Below, one piece after another: positions 22,466-33,066 of a stretch of 64,000 bases of DNA; position 1 is the first letter of the stretch, and each line of letters begins with the position of its first letter. Origin of the DNA: Fermentimonas sp. (GTDB taxonomy: Bacteria > Bacteroidota > Bacteroidia > Bacteroidales > Dysgonomonadaceae). The stretch is from contig JBMNSN010000005.1 of the NCBI GenBank assembly GCA_050945215.1, forward strand, positions 6,440-70,439. Direction: 5' to 3'. The notes beneath the pieces were generated by a model. It was given only the letters and a program-made list of their open reading frames with translations, did no database searches and had not been told where the DNA came from. Made by a program: the position numbers and the translations under genes.

Positions 22466-23380
22466 ATGAAGTACAACAATATATTAGAGCTTGTGGGAAA
22501 CACACCACACATACGATTAAACAATCTTTTTCCTTCACAAGAGGTTTGGATAAAGCTGGAAAAACAAAATCCTGCAGGTAGCATCAAGGATAGAATAGCA
22601 TTAGGGATGATTGAAGATGCTGAAAAAATTGGCATACTAAAGCCCGGAACCACTATTATAGAACCAACATCAGGCAACACAGGAGTAGGTCTTGCATTCG
22701 TTGCAGCAATAAAGGGTTACAGAACAATAATAGTCATGCCGGAATCGATGTCCATAGAAAGGAGAAATATAATACAACTTTATGGTGCCGAGCTCGTCCT
22801 CTCTCCAAGAGAAAAAGGCATGAAGGGAGCTATAGAAAAAGCTCAGGAGTTGCAAAACGAAATCCCAAACTCATGGATTGCTCAACAATTTGAAAACGCA
22901 TCAAATCCTAACACTCACTACCATACGACTGCACAAGAGATTATTAAAGATTTTCCTGAAGGACTCGACTTCTTAGTATCAGGTATAGGATCAGGAGGTC
23001 ACATAACCGGTGTGGGAAAAGCTCTAAAAGAAGTCTTTCCAAGCTTAAAAATAATAGGAGTTGAGCCTGCCGAATCACCTATTATTTCTCAGAACAAATC
23101 CGGTTCTCATGGAATACAAGGAATAGGTGCCGGATTTATCCCAAAAACATTAGACACACAAATACTGAATGACGTTATCACTATTGAAACTGAAGAAGCG
23201 TTCAAATATGCCAAGCTTTTAGCCAAACGCGAAGGCATTCTCGGTGGTATATCAACAGGAGCATCAATAGCTGCAGTATCCGAGCTTCTACCAAAATCGA
23301 GCAAGGACGCAAGAATACTGACATTTAACTACGATACTGGCGAGAGATACTTATCAGTGCCAAACTTTGTTTACAAATAA
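22466..23380 (+). CDS. cysK: Cysteine synthase A (O-acetylserine sulfhydrylase)
   Basis: PLP-lysine motif NPAGSIKDRIA, plus EPTSGNTG. ATG 22466 (MKYNNILELVGNTP) is preferred over the GTG at 22439 used by the track. Confidence 0.92.
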   Translation: MKYNNILELVGNTPHIRLNNLFPSQEVWIKLEKQNPAGSIKDRIALGMIEDAEKIGILKPGTTIIEPTSGNTGVGLAFVAAIKGYRTIIVMPESMSIERRNIIQLYGAELVLSPREKGMKGAIEKAQELQNEIPNSWIAQQFENASNPNTHYHTTAQEIIKDFPEGLDFLVSGIGSGGHITGVGKALKEVFPSLKIIGVEPAESPIISQNKSGSHGIQGIGAGFIPKTLDTQILNDVITIETEEAFKYAKLLAKREGILGGISTGASIAAVSELLPKSSKDARILTFNYDTGERYLSVPNFVYK

Positions 23381-23388
23381 GAGAAGAG

Positions 23389-26300
23389 CTAAATCGACTC
23401 TAATATTGATACTGCCATCTCGACAGAATCTACATTCTTTATCAATATTGATCGTTTCCCGTTAACTTCACGTATCTTGCAGTTACGGTAATTGTTCTGA
23501 ACATAATTCAATAGTCTGCCCAAATTCTCCGACTGATAGTATGGAGAATCCATATCTGACACCAAGTTCAGAGACATATCCCCATTCTTCAAAACAATCT
23601 TCTCTATTCCAAGAGGTTTAGCTAATCTTCTAAGCCTAACGATTCTTATCAGTTCTTTGCCCTGTCTTGGCATCTTACCAAATCGATCCTCCATCCTTTG
23701 AGTAAACTCCAATATCTCCATCTCTGACTCCAGACTATCAAGTCCTCTATAAATGGCTACTCGTTCAGAGTCGTTAGGAATATACATGATTGGAAACATC
23801 AACTCCAAATCGCTCTCAACATGAACATCATCAACAAAGTTCGTGACCTCATCTCCATTTTCTTCTTGATCTTTTTTGAATAGATCTGAGAACTCATCTC
23901 TGCGCAATTCCTGAACAGCTTCATTTAAAATCTTTTTATAGGTTTCATAGCCCAAATCGGCAATAAATCCACTTTGTTCAGCTCCCAGCAGGTTACCGGC
24001 ACCTCTAATATCAAGATCTTGCATCGCGATATTCAAGCCACTCCCCAATTCGGAGAAGTCCTCTATAGCTTGTAGTCTACGACGAGATTCCTCACTAAGC
24101 GAATAAAGCGGAGGCGCAAGCAGATAGCAAAATGCTTTCCTATTACTTCTACCCACCCTACCTCGTAGCTGATGGAGATCGCTTAACCCAAAGTTCTGAG
24201 CATTTATAACAATAATTGTGTTCACATTAGGCATGTCAATACCCGACTCAATAATAGTTGTTGCAATCAGCACATCTTGCTCTTGATCCACAAAATCTGA
24301 AATAACACTCTCAAGCTTCTTTGGCTCCATCTGACCATGTCCTACAGCAACTCTTACTCCCGGTATTTCTCTAACTATCAGCGCCTCTAATTCATAAATA
24401 TTTTGAATCCTATTATTGACAATAAACACCTGTCCATTCCTGCTTAACTCAAAATTGATGGCATCCTTAATTATTTCAATGTCAAATGTATGAACCTCAG
24501 TCTGTATGGGATATCTATTTGGTGGAGGTGTACTTATTATAGACAAATCACGAGAGCCCATCAACGAAAACTGCAATGTGCGCGGTATAGGAGTAGCAGT
24601 CATAGTCAGAGTATCCACATTAATCTTCAACTGCTTAAGCTTCTCCTTTGTCGAAACACCAAACTTCTGTTCCTCATCAATAATTAACAAGCCTAAATCT
24701 TTAAATACCACATCCTTACTCACTAACCTATGTGTACCAATCAGTATATCTATATCACCATTTTTAAGATCAGCCAAAATCTGCTTTTGTTCTTTAGATG
24801 AACGTGCCCTACTCAAATAGTCCACTCTTACCGGAAAATTCTCAAGCCTATCTCTAAAAGTATGGTAATGCTGTGTTGCCAAAACCGTAGTAGGTACAAG
24901 CACAGCTGTCTGTTTACCATCAACTGCAGCTTTAAATGCAGCCCTCACAGCAATTTCTGTCTTACCGAAACCCACATCACCACAAATAAGCCTATCCATC
25001 GGTTGCTCCTTCTGCATATCCTGCTTCACCTCCCGAGTTGCTTTAACCTGATCCGGTGTGTCTTCGTACATAAATGAAGCTTCTAATTCCGTTTGCAGAT
25101 AGGTATCCCTTGAGAATGCAAAACCCTTTTCTTCTTGTCGTGCAGCATAGAGCTTAATCAAATCTCTGGCAATATCTTTAATCTTCGACTTTGTCTTTGC
25201 TTTAGTCTTTTCCCAAGCGCCAGAGCCAATCTTATTCAGCTTAGGAGATTCGCCTTCACGACCTTTATACTTTGATACCTTATGCAACGCATGAATAGAC
25301 ACAAACACTGCATCATTATTAAGATAGGTAAGTTTAATAACCTCTTGAACTTTGTCTCCAATAGGCAATCTTACAAGACCGGCAAAACGGCCTATACCAT
25401 GGTCCATATGCACCACATAATCTCCGACCTGCAACTGATTGATTTCCTTAAGTGTAAGAGCAACTTTCCCGGATCTTGCCTTATCCGACTTCAAACTATA
25501 CTTATGGAACCTATCAAAAATTTGATGATCCGTAAAACAGCACATCTTAAGGGTATCTTCTAAGAAACCCTCATGCAGAGTCTTATTCACAGCAACAAAG
25601 GGGATGTCGTCATTCCTATCCTTAAATATATGATACAACCTCTTTTGCTGTTTAGCACTATCGCTGAATATATATATAGTATAACCCTCATCTATAAACC
25701 GATATAAAGAATCCGTCAGCAAGTCAAAATTCTTGTGATACAACGGTTGAGGTGATGTATTAAATGTAACTTTAGAATATGGTGACTCCAAACGTTTCGA
25801 GTCAAATCTTATCTGTCTGAAAGATCCCAACACACCCAAAAAGTCATCCTTTGTTAACAGGTTTGCCTTAACAAACCCCACATCATCAGGATTAATGTTT
25901 ATGTGCAAAGTATCTTCATTCAGTGATTCTATCCTACTTGTAATCCACTGTATATCCTCTATGCCTACAATAGCATTTTCAGGTAGGAAATCAAAGATAG
26001 ACGACATAGAACCATTCTTACTAAGTTTAGGTACTATTCTTATACTTTCAAGCTTTTCTAAAGATAGTTGAGAATCTATTTGAAAATTCCTAATGCTCTC
26101 CACCTCGTCTCCAAAAAAGTCTATGCGGAAAGGGTATTCTGAAGAAAAAGAGAAAACATCTAGCAAACTACCTCTTTGAGCATATTGACCTGGTTCATAA
26201 ACATAGTCTACATATTCGAATCCAAAACTTTCCAAAAGCTCTGCCAGATTCTCTGCGCCCAAGTCATCACCAACATCTATCTTAATTGTTTGTTCTTTAA

Positions 26301-26721
26301 CATCTTCAGTAGAAACCGTCCGTTCAGATATAGCATCAGGATAACTAACAATAATCAAACTCTCCTCTCTATTCTGAAGCCTGCTAAGTGTTTCAGTACG
26401 AAGCACCTCATTTGCAGGGTCAATTTGTCCATATTTTATTGCACGTTTGAACCCTGAAGGGAAAAACAGCACATCTTCTGAACCCATTATTTGGGTTACA
26501 TCATGATAAAAATATCCGGCTGTTTCGGCATCATTTAAGATATACAGATAAACTTGAGGCTTTTTATTAAATAAAGCAATGGCAAACATTGCACGCGACG
26601 AACCATGCAATCCATTTATAGATAATAGCTTAGATTTCTCTATCTCTGAGCTGACACCCGCTATATTTGGGTGATTATCTACCTTTTTCTGAAGTTCCCT
26701 AATGTCAATCGGTCCAACCAT
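23389..26721 (-). CDS. mfd: Transcription-repair coupling factor
   Basis: 1110 aa. Helicase Walker A CGDVGFGKTEIA and the DEEQKFGV box. The CarD-like segment reads GDYVVHMDHGIGRF. Confidence 0.96.
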   Translation of the reverse strand: MVGPIDIRELQKKVDNHPNIAGVSSEIEKSKLLSINGLHGSSRAMFAIALFNKKPQVYLYILNDAETAGYFYHDVTQIMGSEDVLFFPSGFKRAIKYGQIDPANEVLRTETLSRLQNREESLIIVSYPDAISERTVSTEDVKEQTIKIDVGDDLGAENLAELLESFGFEYVDYVYEPGQYAQRGSLLDVFSFSSEYPFRIDFFGDEVESIRNFQIDSQLSLEKLESIRIVPKLSKNGSMSSIFDFLPENAIVGIEDIQWITSRIESLNEDTLHININPDDVGFVKANLLTKDDFLGVLGSFRQIRFDSKRLESPYSKVTFNTSPQPLYHKNFDLLTDSLYRFIDEGYTIYIFSDSAKQQKRLYHIFKDRNDDIPFVAVNKTLHEGFLEDTLKMCCFTDHQIFDRFHKYSLKSDKARSGKVALTLKEINQLQVGDYVVHMDHGIGRFAGLVRLPIGDKVQEVIKLTYLNNDAVFVSIHALHKVSKYKGREGESPKLNKIGSGAWEKTKAKTKSKIKDIARDLIKLYAARQEEKGFAFSRDTYLQTELEASFMYEDTPDQVKATREVKQDMQKEQPMDRLICGDVGFGKTEIAVRAAFKAAVDGKQTAVLVPTTVLATQHYHTFRDRLENFPVRVDYLSRARSSKEQKQILADLKNGDIDILIGTHRLVSKDVVFKDLGLLIIDEEQKFGVSTKEKLKQLKINVDTLTMTATPIPRTLQFSLMGSRDLSIISTPPPNRYPIQTEVHTFDIEIIKDAINFELSRNGQVFIVNNRIQNIYELEALIVREIPGVRVAVGHGQMEPKKLESVISDFVDQEQDVLIATTIIESGIDMPNVNTIIVINAQNFGLSDLHQLRGRVGRSNRKAFCYLLAPPLYSLSEESRRRLQAIEDFSELGSGLNIAMQDLDIRGAGNLLGAEQSGFIADLGYETYKKILNEAVQELRRDEFSDLFKKDQEENGDEVTNFVDDVHVESDLELMFPIMYIPNDSERVAIYRGLDSLESEMEILEFTQRMEDRFGKMPRQGKELIRIVRLRRLAKPLGIEKIVLKNGDMSLNLVSDMDSPYYQSENLGRLLNYVQNNYRNCKIREVNGKRSILIKNVDSVEMAVSILESI

Positions 26722-26735
26722 GTTCTAATAAACCA

Positions 26736-26743
26736 CAAAGGTA
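26736..26743 (-). promoter_or_regulatory. -7 box (TACCTTTG on minus strand) for mfd
   Basis: Plus strand reads CAAAGGTA, 15 nt upstream of the mfd ATG at 26721. Confidence 0.4.
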
Positions 26744-26757
26744 GTCTATTTTTTTCT

Positions 26758-26765
26758 TATCTTTG
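26758..26765 (+). promoter_or_regulatory. -7 box TATCTTTG for the glycogen synthase gene
   Basis: Exact TAnnTTTG match, 47 nt before ATG 26813. It is divergent from the mfd box. Confidence 0.5.
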
Positions 26766-26812
26766 CATAAAGATTCGATGTATTGTATTGTTTCTAAATA
26801 AAATAACGGAAT

Positions 26813-28522
26813 ATGCAAAAGCAAAACGACCTAAATCCTGATTACATATTCGAAAGTAGCTGGGAAGTGTGCAACAAGGTTGGTGGAATATACACAGTCC
26901 TATCTACAAGAGCAAAGTCTCTACAAAAACTTCATAATGATAAAATATTTTTCATAGGTCCCGATGTTTGGTCTCAAACCGAAAGTCCTTGGTTTATTGA
27001 AGACAAAAAGCTCTTTAAAGATTGGAAAAAACATGCGGCGGAAACACAAAACTTAAACGTAAGAATAGGTCGCTGGAACGTCCCCGGACAGCCCATTGCG
27101 TTCCTCGTACAGTTTGAACAGTTTAATCATCTGCAAAACGAGATATATACTAAAATGTGGGAAGATTACGGTGTAGATTCACTGCATGCTTATGGTGACT
27201 ACCACGAATCAACCATTTTCGCGTATTCCACAGGGCTTCTCATAGAAAGCTTCTATAGATTCCATCAATTAGAAACGAAGAAAGTTGTCGCACACTTCAA
27301 TGAGTGGATGCTTGGTGCAGGAGCATTATACCTAAAAAAACATGTTCCTACTATAGCAACTATTTTCACTACTCATGCCACATCAATAGGACGATCGATA
27401 GCGGGCAACAATCTCCCTCTCTATGGACACATCAACGAATACAATGGAGATCAAATGGCTAATCAACTAAACATGTCAGCCAAACACTCCATTGAGAAGG
27501 TCACGGCACAAAATGTCGACTGTTTCACAACCGTAAGCGATATAACCGCCATAGAGTGCGTTCAATTCCTTGGCAGACACCCCGACGTCATCACCACCAA
27601 TGGATTCGAGAAAGACTTCATTCCCAAAGGCAAAGAGTATGTAAAAGCACATAACATCGCTAGAGAGAAACTGCTCAACATTGCCGAGCTAATGCTTGGA
27701 CATAACATTGAAGATGACGCAATAATAGTCGGCACAGGTGGACGTTATGAGTACAAGAACAAAGGAATAGATATCTTTATCGACTCTATGAATATGCTCA
27801 AATCTATGAAAGAGCTAGAAAGAGATGTTGTAGCCTTTATCATGGTCCCTGGATGGATAAAAGGGCCAAGAAAAGACTTACTCCAACTCCTTTACCAAAA
27901 CGATAAGTCTAAGTATAAAGAAGAGGTCACTCCATATCAATATAGTTTCGTGACGCACGAACTGATGGATCCAAATAATGATATGATAGTCAATCATATT
28001 GAGAGAATAGGCCTAACGAATGGCACTGACTCCAAAGTTAAAATAATATTTGTTCCCTCATATCTCAACGGCAACGATGGCATATTCAATATGGATTATT
28101 ACGATTTGCTGATAGGATTCGACCTATCTATTTTCCCATCATATTATGAGCCTTGGGGCTACACACCGCACGAAAGCATAGCATTTTCTATCCCAACAGT
28201 TACAACCACTCTTTCAGGGTTTGGCCTTTGGGCAAAGAAAATGGAAAAACAAAAGGATGGATCAAACATCAACAGCGGTGTAAATGTTATATATAGGAAT
28301 GACGATAATTACCAACAAGTAGTTGAAGAAATTGCAACGGTAATCCTCGATTATTCTCTTAAAAGCGAAGATCAAGTCAATATGCTTAAACAGTACACTT
28401 CAAAATTGTCCGACAAAGCAGATTGGACACATTTCATAAAAAATTACACGGAAGCATATAATATAGCATTACATAATTCCCTAATTAGATTATCAAACCC
28501 TTTTCCAAAGGGGATAGATTGA
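26813..28522 (+). CDS. Glycogen synthase of the eukaryote-like GT3 type
   Basis: N-terminus FESSWEVCNKVGGIYTVLSTRAK closely matches the animal/fungal glycogen synthase signature (WEVANKVGGIYTV). 569 aa. Confidence 0.85.
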   Translation: MQKQNDLNPDYIFESSWEVCNKVGGIYTVLSTRAKSLQKLHNDKIFFIGPDVWSQTESPWFIEDKKLFKDWKKHAAETQNLNVRIGRWNVPGQPIAFLVQFEQFNHLQNEIYTKMWEDYGVDSLHAYGDYHESTIFAYSTGLLIESFYRFHQLETKKVVAHFNEWMLGAGALYLKKHVPTIATIFTTHATSIGRSIAGNNLPLYGHINEYNGDQMANQLNMSAKHSIEKVTAQNVDCFTTVSDITAIECVQFLGRHPDVITTNGFEKDFIPKGKEYVKAHNIAREKLLNIAELMLGHNIEDDAIIVGTGGRYEYKNKGIDIFIDSMNMLKSMKELERDVVAFIMVPGWIKGPRKDLLQLLYQNDKSKYKEEVTPYQYSFVTHELMDPNNDMIVNHIERIGLTNGTDSKVKIIFVPSYLNGNDGIFNMDYYDLLIGFDLSIFPSYYEPWGYTPHESIAFSIPTVTTTLSGFGLWAKKMEKQKDGSNINSGVNVIYRNDDNYQQVVEEIATVILDYSLKSEDQVNMLKQYTSKLSDKADWTHFIKNYTEAYNIALHNSLIRLSNPFPKGID

Positions 28523-28602
28523 TATTACGTAAATACACTAACTGATTTACAAAAAAGAAGTATCAGTAAATATAAGAAATATAACATTTAAATTATACAC
28601 AA

Positions 28603-31164
28603 ATGATTATTAAATCCAGCTATTCAAACAAACCGGTGTGGAGAGATATTCACGTACACTCCGTTTTACCTTCTGAGCTTCGACCTCTTGAAGAGATAGC
28701 TCACAACCTTTGGTGGGTATGGAATGAAGAAGTAAAGGCAATAATGCAAAAGATAGACCCAGTTGAATGGGAGAAAAGCGAAAAGAACCCTGTGGTCATG
28801 TTGCAAAACCTAAGGTCAGACGTAATTGATGAAACAATCAAAAACAAAGAGATCTTAGAAGAGATTCAAACAGTTTACGATAATTTCAAAAAATATATGG
28901 CCGTTCCTTTCAATACTGAGCGACCGACCATTGCTTACTTCAGCATGGAGTACGGCTTATCACACGTGCTTAAGATCTACTCCGGTGGTTTAGGTGTGTT
29001 GGCAGGAGACTATTTAAAGGAAGCCAGCGACAGCAGAGTCGACATGACAGCAGTAGGATTCCTATATCGCCACGGCTATTTCACCCAAACTCTTTCAATG
29101 GATGGCCAGCAGATTGCCAACTACGACGCACAAAACTTCGGCAATCTCCCAATCACACAAATGATGAACGAAGATGGCACGCCGATGATACTTGAGGTTC
29201 CTTTCCACGACAGAATTGTTTACTCTAACATCTGGAAGGTTGCCGTAGGCCGTATCTCTCTTTACTTGATGGACACCGACTTGGTGCAAAACAGCGACTA
29301 CGACAGATCCATAACCTCTCAACTATATGGAGGAGATTGGGAGAACCGCATGAAGCAAGAGTTCTTGTTAGGTATTGGAGGAATGCTACTACTCAAAAAG
29401 TTAGGCATTAAAAAGGATGTTTATCATCTTAACGAAGGTCATGCCGCTTTCATTAGCGTACAACGTCTTTATGATTATGTTGTAGAAGAAAATTTACCAT
29501 TCAATGTAGCATTAGAACTTGTCAGAGCTTCATCTCTTTATACAGTACACACTCCTGTACCTGCAGGTCACGACTATTTTGATGAAGGACTAATGGGTAA
29601 ATACTTATCACCAATAGTGTCAAAAATAGGAATACCTTGGCACCAATTCATGGACATGGGTCGTGCAAATCCCGGTAGCGACGAAAAATTCTCTATGAGC
29701 GTCTTTGCTCTTAACACAGCACAAGAGGCTAACGGAGTAAGCAAACTTCATGGTACTGTATCACAACGCATGTTCCAACCTGTTTGGAATGGATATTTTC
29801 CCGAAGAGCTTCATGTAAGCTATGTAACAAACGGAATACACCTACCCACTTGGGCCACTTCTGCCACAAAGGCCTTATATACAAAGCATTTCGATCAAAA
29901 CTTCATGAATGATCAATCCAACGTAAACATCTGGGAGAAAATATATGAAGTTAGCGATCAAGAAATATGGGATTTGCGCACAACACTAAAAAACAGACTT
30001 GTCGACTATATCAAGATAGAGTTCAAAGATGGATGGTTAAAAAATCAAGCAAATCCATCAAGGATAATGAGCATTATCGAAGGTATCAACCCAAAAGCTC
30101 TGCTTATAGGCTTCTCTCGTCGTTTTGCAACATACAAGAGAGCACACCTATTATTCTCTGATCTTGAACGACTTTCCAAAATTGTAAACAATCCTGTTGC
30201 TCCGGTTCAGTTCATATTTGCCGGAAAAGCTCACCCCGCCGATGGTGGAGGTCAGGCTCTTATAAAGCAAATTGTTGAAATATCTCGTCGTCCGGAGTTC
30301 TTAGGAAAGATAATATTCCTCGAAAACTACGATATGCGCCTTGCTAAACGTCTTGTTTCAGGAGTAGATATCTGGTTGAACACACCAACAAGGTCGCAAG
30401 AAGCATCAGGAACATCAGGTGAAAAGGCCGAAATGAATGGTGTTCTTAACTTGTCAGTCCTCGACGGCTGGTGGTATGAAGGATACAAAGAAGGTGCAGG
30501 ATGGGCACTTACAGACGAAAAAACATATAGTAATCAAGAATTCCAAGATGAATTGGATGCATCTACTATATATTCTATGCTGGAAAATGAAATAATTCCA
30601 CTGTATTACAAGCAAAACGAGCAAGGATATTCTCCTGAATGGATACAGTACATCAAAAACTCTATGGCGAAGATTGCTCCTAAATGCACTACCAAGAGGA
30701 TGATGGATGATTATTTCGACCGCTTCTACAACAAACTTGCACAAAGATCAAAAGCTCTTCACGCAAATGACAATGCTAAAGCTAAAGAGATAGTAAGATG
30801 GAAGGAAGAAACAGCATCAAAGTGGAACAATATTGAAGTTGTTAATCTGGAATTCAATCCTAACCAGTCAGTAAACAATTCAGGAGAAAATGAAGTGTAC
30901 GGCAAAGTGGTCATAGATAAAAAGGACCTGCAAGCCGACCTGGGCGTTGAATGTGTAGTAATAGAAAGTGATTCTATCAACCAAACACCACAATTCATCG
31001 AATCCTACGAGTTCGACTTGGTTAAGACTGAAGGTTCGCTGTTATATTTCCAAACAGACAAAGCCCTCAACGATCCAGGTTCACATAAATATGGATTACG
31101 TGTATTCCCAAAAAATCCGGATCTTCCACACAGAATGGACTTTGCTTACATGAAGTGGATTTAG
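28603..31164 (+). CDS. glgP: Alpha-glucan phosphorylase (GT35)
   Basis: 853 aa. The PLP-lysine block is EASGTSGEKAEMNGVLNLSVLDGWW, and GGLGVLAGD is also present. Confidence 0.9.
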   Translation: MIIKSSYSNKPVWRDIHVHSVLPSELRPLEEIAHNLWWVWNEEVKAIMQKIDPVEWEKSEKNPVVMLQNLRSDVIDETIKNKEILEEIQTVYDNFKKYMAVPFNTERPTIAYFSMEYGLSHVLKIYSGGLGVLAGDYLKEASDSRVDMTAVGFLYRHGYFTQTLSMDGQQIANYDAQNFGNLPITQMMNEDGTPMILEVPFHDRIVYSNIWKVAVGRISLYLMDTDLVQNSDYDRSITSQLYGGDWENRMKQEFLLGIGGMLLLKKLGIKKDVYHLNEGHAAFISVQRLYDYVVEENLPFNVALELVRASSLYTVHTPVPAGHDYFDEGLMGKYLSPIVSKIGIPWHQFMDMGRANPGSDEKFSMSVFALNTAQEANGVSKLHGTVSQRMFQPVWNGYFPEELHVSYVTNGIHLPTWATSATKALYTKHFDQNFMNDQSNVNIWEKIYEVSDQEIWDLRTTLKNRLVDYIKIEFKDGWLKNQANPSRIMSIIEGINPKALLIGFSRRFATYKRAHLLFSDLERLSKIVNNPVAPVQFIFAGKAHPADGGGQALIKQIVEISRRPEFLGKIIFLENYDMRLAKRLVSGVDIWLNTPTRSQEASGTSGEKAEMNGVLNLSVLDGWWYEGYKEGAGWALTDEKTYSNQEFQDELDASTIYSMLENEIIPLYYKQNEQGYSPEWIQYIKNSMAKIAPKCTTKRMMDDYFDRFYNKLAQRSKALHANDNAKAKEIVRWKEETASKWNNIEVVNLEFNPNQSVNNSGENEVYGKVVIDKKDLQADLGVECVVIESDSINQTPQFIESYEFDLVKTEGSLLYFQTDKALNDPGSHKYGLRVFPKNPDLPHRMDFAYMKWI

Positions 31165-31197
31165 TAATCTAATTTAACTTCATCTAAATAATAAAGT

Positions 31198-31226
31198 AAA
31201 GGCTGCCTTAATCAGGCAGCCTTTTT
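31198..31226. terminator. Bidirectional intrinsic terminator between the phosphorylase gene and dnaJ
   Basis: AAA, then ggctgcct (31201-31208) paired with aggcagcc (31214-31221) around a 5-nt loop, then TTTTT. Confidence 0.75.
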
Positions 31227-31246
31227 AATTAATTGAAATATTATAT

Positions 31247-32389
31247 TTAATCGAACATTTTCTTAAACTTGTTGAAGATACTCTCCTTCACCGATGCTGT
31301 TGGCTTAAAATTCTCCGATTCTTCCATTGCCTTTATAGTCTTAAGCTCTTTGTCACTAAGTTTCTCCGGAACATAAACATTGACATTGATAAGCTGGTCA
31401 CCCTTTCCGTAACCATTTATCTTAGGCAAGCCTTTATTCCTCAAGCGCAACACTTTCCCGGGTTGAGTTCCTGCATCTATTTTCACTTTGGCAACCCCTT
31501 CAATGGTCGGCACCTCAACAGTACCTCCTAACACTGCTGTAGGAAAGCTGAGAAACAGATTATATATCACATCACTGCCATCTCTTATCAAGTCCGGATC
31601 GTCTTCTTCCTCCACCACTATCAGCAAATCTCCATTCATGCCTCCTCGTCTGGCGGCATTTCCCTTGCCCGACATAGATAACTGCATACCTTCCGCAACA
31701 CCGGCAGGAATCCTAATAGTAATCACCTCATCTTCCTTAACAATTCCCTCACCAAAACAGTGAGAACATTTCTTCGTAACTATCTTACCTTCACCATTAC
31801 AGGTCGAGCAAGTTGTACTTGTTTGCATCTGTCCGAGTATAGTGTTCACAACACGATTAACTACACCCGAACCATTACAAGTTGAACAGGTTTCAAATGA
31901 ATTGCCATTTTCAGAACCGTTACCATCACAATGCGAACAACTGACATACTTTTTTACCTTTATCTTTTTCTCTACTCCGTTGAGGATCTCTTTAAGGTTC
32001 AACTTTACCTTAACGCGCAAATCTGAACCTCTGTTAACTCGTCTACCGCGCTGTCCGCCAAAGCCGCCGAAACCGCCAAAATGACCACCAAAAATATCGC
32101 CAAACTGTGAAAATATGTCATCCATTGACATACCACCTCCAAATCCACCGGAAGCGGCACCTCCCACACCTGCGTGTCCATACCTGTCGTATCGAGCACG
32201 TTTGTTCTCATCGCTCAACACTTCGTAAGCCTCAGCTGCCTCCTTAAATTTCTCTTCCGACTCTTTGTCCCCTGGATTCTTGTCCGGATGGTACTGAATA
32301 GCCTTCTTCCTATATGCTTTTTTTATTTCATCGGCAGTGGCAGTCTTTGGCACCTCCAAAACCTCGTAATAATCTCTTTTGCTCGCCAT
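31247..32389 (-). CDS. dnaJ: Molecular chaperone DnaJ
   Basis: J domain ([14 protein letters not shown]), a G/F-rich linker and four CxxCxGxG zinc motifs. Start taken at MASKRDYY (32389), one base after the grpE stop. Confidence 0.96.
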   Translation of the reverse strand: MASKRDYYEVLEVPKTATADEIKKAYRKKAIQYHPDKNPGDKESEEKFKEAAEAYEVLSDENKRARYDRYGHAGVGGAASGGFGGGMSMDDIFSQFGDIFGGHFGGFGGFGGQRGRRVNRGSDLRVKVKLNLKEILNGVEKKIKVKKYVSCSHCDGNGSENGNSFETCSTCNGSGVVNRVVNTILGQMQTSTTCSTCNGEGKIVTKKCSHCFGEGIVKEDEVITIRIPAGVAEGMQLSMSGKGNAARRGGMNGDLLIVVEEEDDPDLIRDGSDVIYNLFLSFPTAVLGGTVEVPTIEGVAKVKIDAGTQPGKVLRLRNKGLPKINGYGKGDQLINVNVYVPEKLSDKELKTIKAMEESENFKPTASVKESIFNKFKKMFD

Positions 32390-32390
32390 A

Positions 32391-33005
32391 TTATTCTCCC
32401 ACAACTACTTTAGGAAAACGAATAATCCTGTCGTTCAACTTATAACCTTTCTGTATACAATCTATTACCTTCCCTTTTTGCTCAGCATCATCTGTCGGAA
32501 CCATCGTAACCGCTTCAAAGATATCTGCGTCAAAAGGCTCTCCTATGGCTTTTATCTCCTCAACACCATTCTGCTTCAGAAAAGCAATAAACTTAGAATA
32601 TATCAAATCCATTCCTTCCAGCAACGAATCTCTGTCCTCAGTAGCGTGAAGAGCTGTCAATGCTCTCTCGAAATCGTCCACCAAGGTGATGATGCCAAGA
32701 AGAACCTTCTCTCCACCTCCCTTAATAAGTTCGGCCTTTTCTTTCAAAGTCCTCTTTCTGAAGTTATCGAATTCGGCATTCAATCGCAGATAGCTGTCAT
32801 GTATACTCTCATATTTCTCATACAACTCCTCATAACTCTCTTCAAGATCCGTATCTATATCATCCGGATCATCGCCTGCCAAATTGTCCATCTGCAGATC
32901 ATCATCCATTGATGCTGCATTCTTCAGAACATCCTCTTTGTCCAAATTAACATCGCTGGAACTCTTTCCCTTACCTTTATTATGATTTTGTTTCATATAA
33001 TACAA
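32391..33005 (-). CDS. grpE: Nucleotide exchange factor GrpE
   Basis: 204 aa with an acidic N-terminus, a coiled-coil ([14 protein letters not shown]) and a C-terminal beta domain. grpE-dnaJ synteny. Confidence 0.92.
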   Translation of the reverse strand: MYYMKQNHNKGKGKSSSDVNLDKEDVLKNAASMDDDLQMDNLAGDDPDDIDTDLEESYEELYEKYESIHDSYLRLNAEFDNFRKRTLKEKAELIKGGGEKVLLGIITLVDDFERALTALHATEDRDSLLEGMDLIYSKFIAFLKQNGVEEIKAIGEPFDADIFEAVTMVPTDDAEQKGKVIDCIQKGYKLNDRIIRFPKVVVGE

Positions 33006-33066
33006 TATAATTTACTTTGTCAATTCTAACATACTACATATCATCAGCAAATAGTTTGCCAAAAAT

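Noticed and set aside
32379-32912. A 177-aa plus-strand ORF overlapping grpE
   Set aside because: It is fully antisense to grpE. It is low-complexity and Ile/Leu/Phe-rich, as expected from reverse-complementing an acidic or Lys-rich gene in AT-rich DNA.
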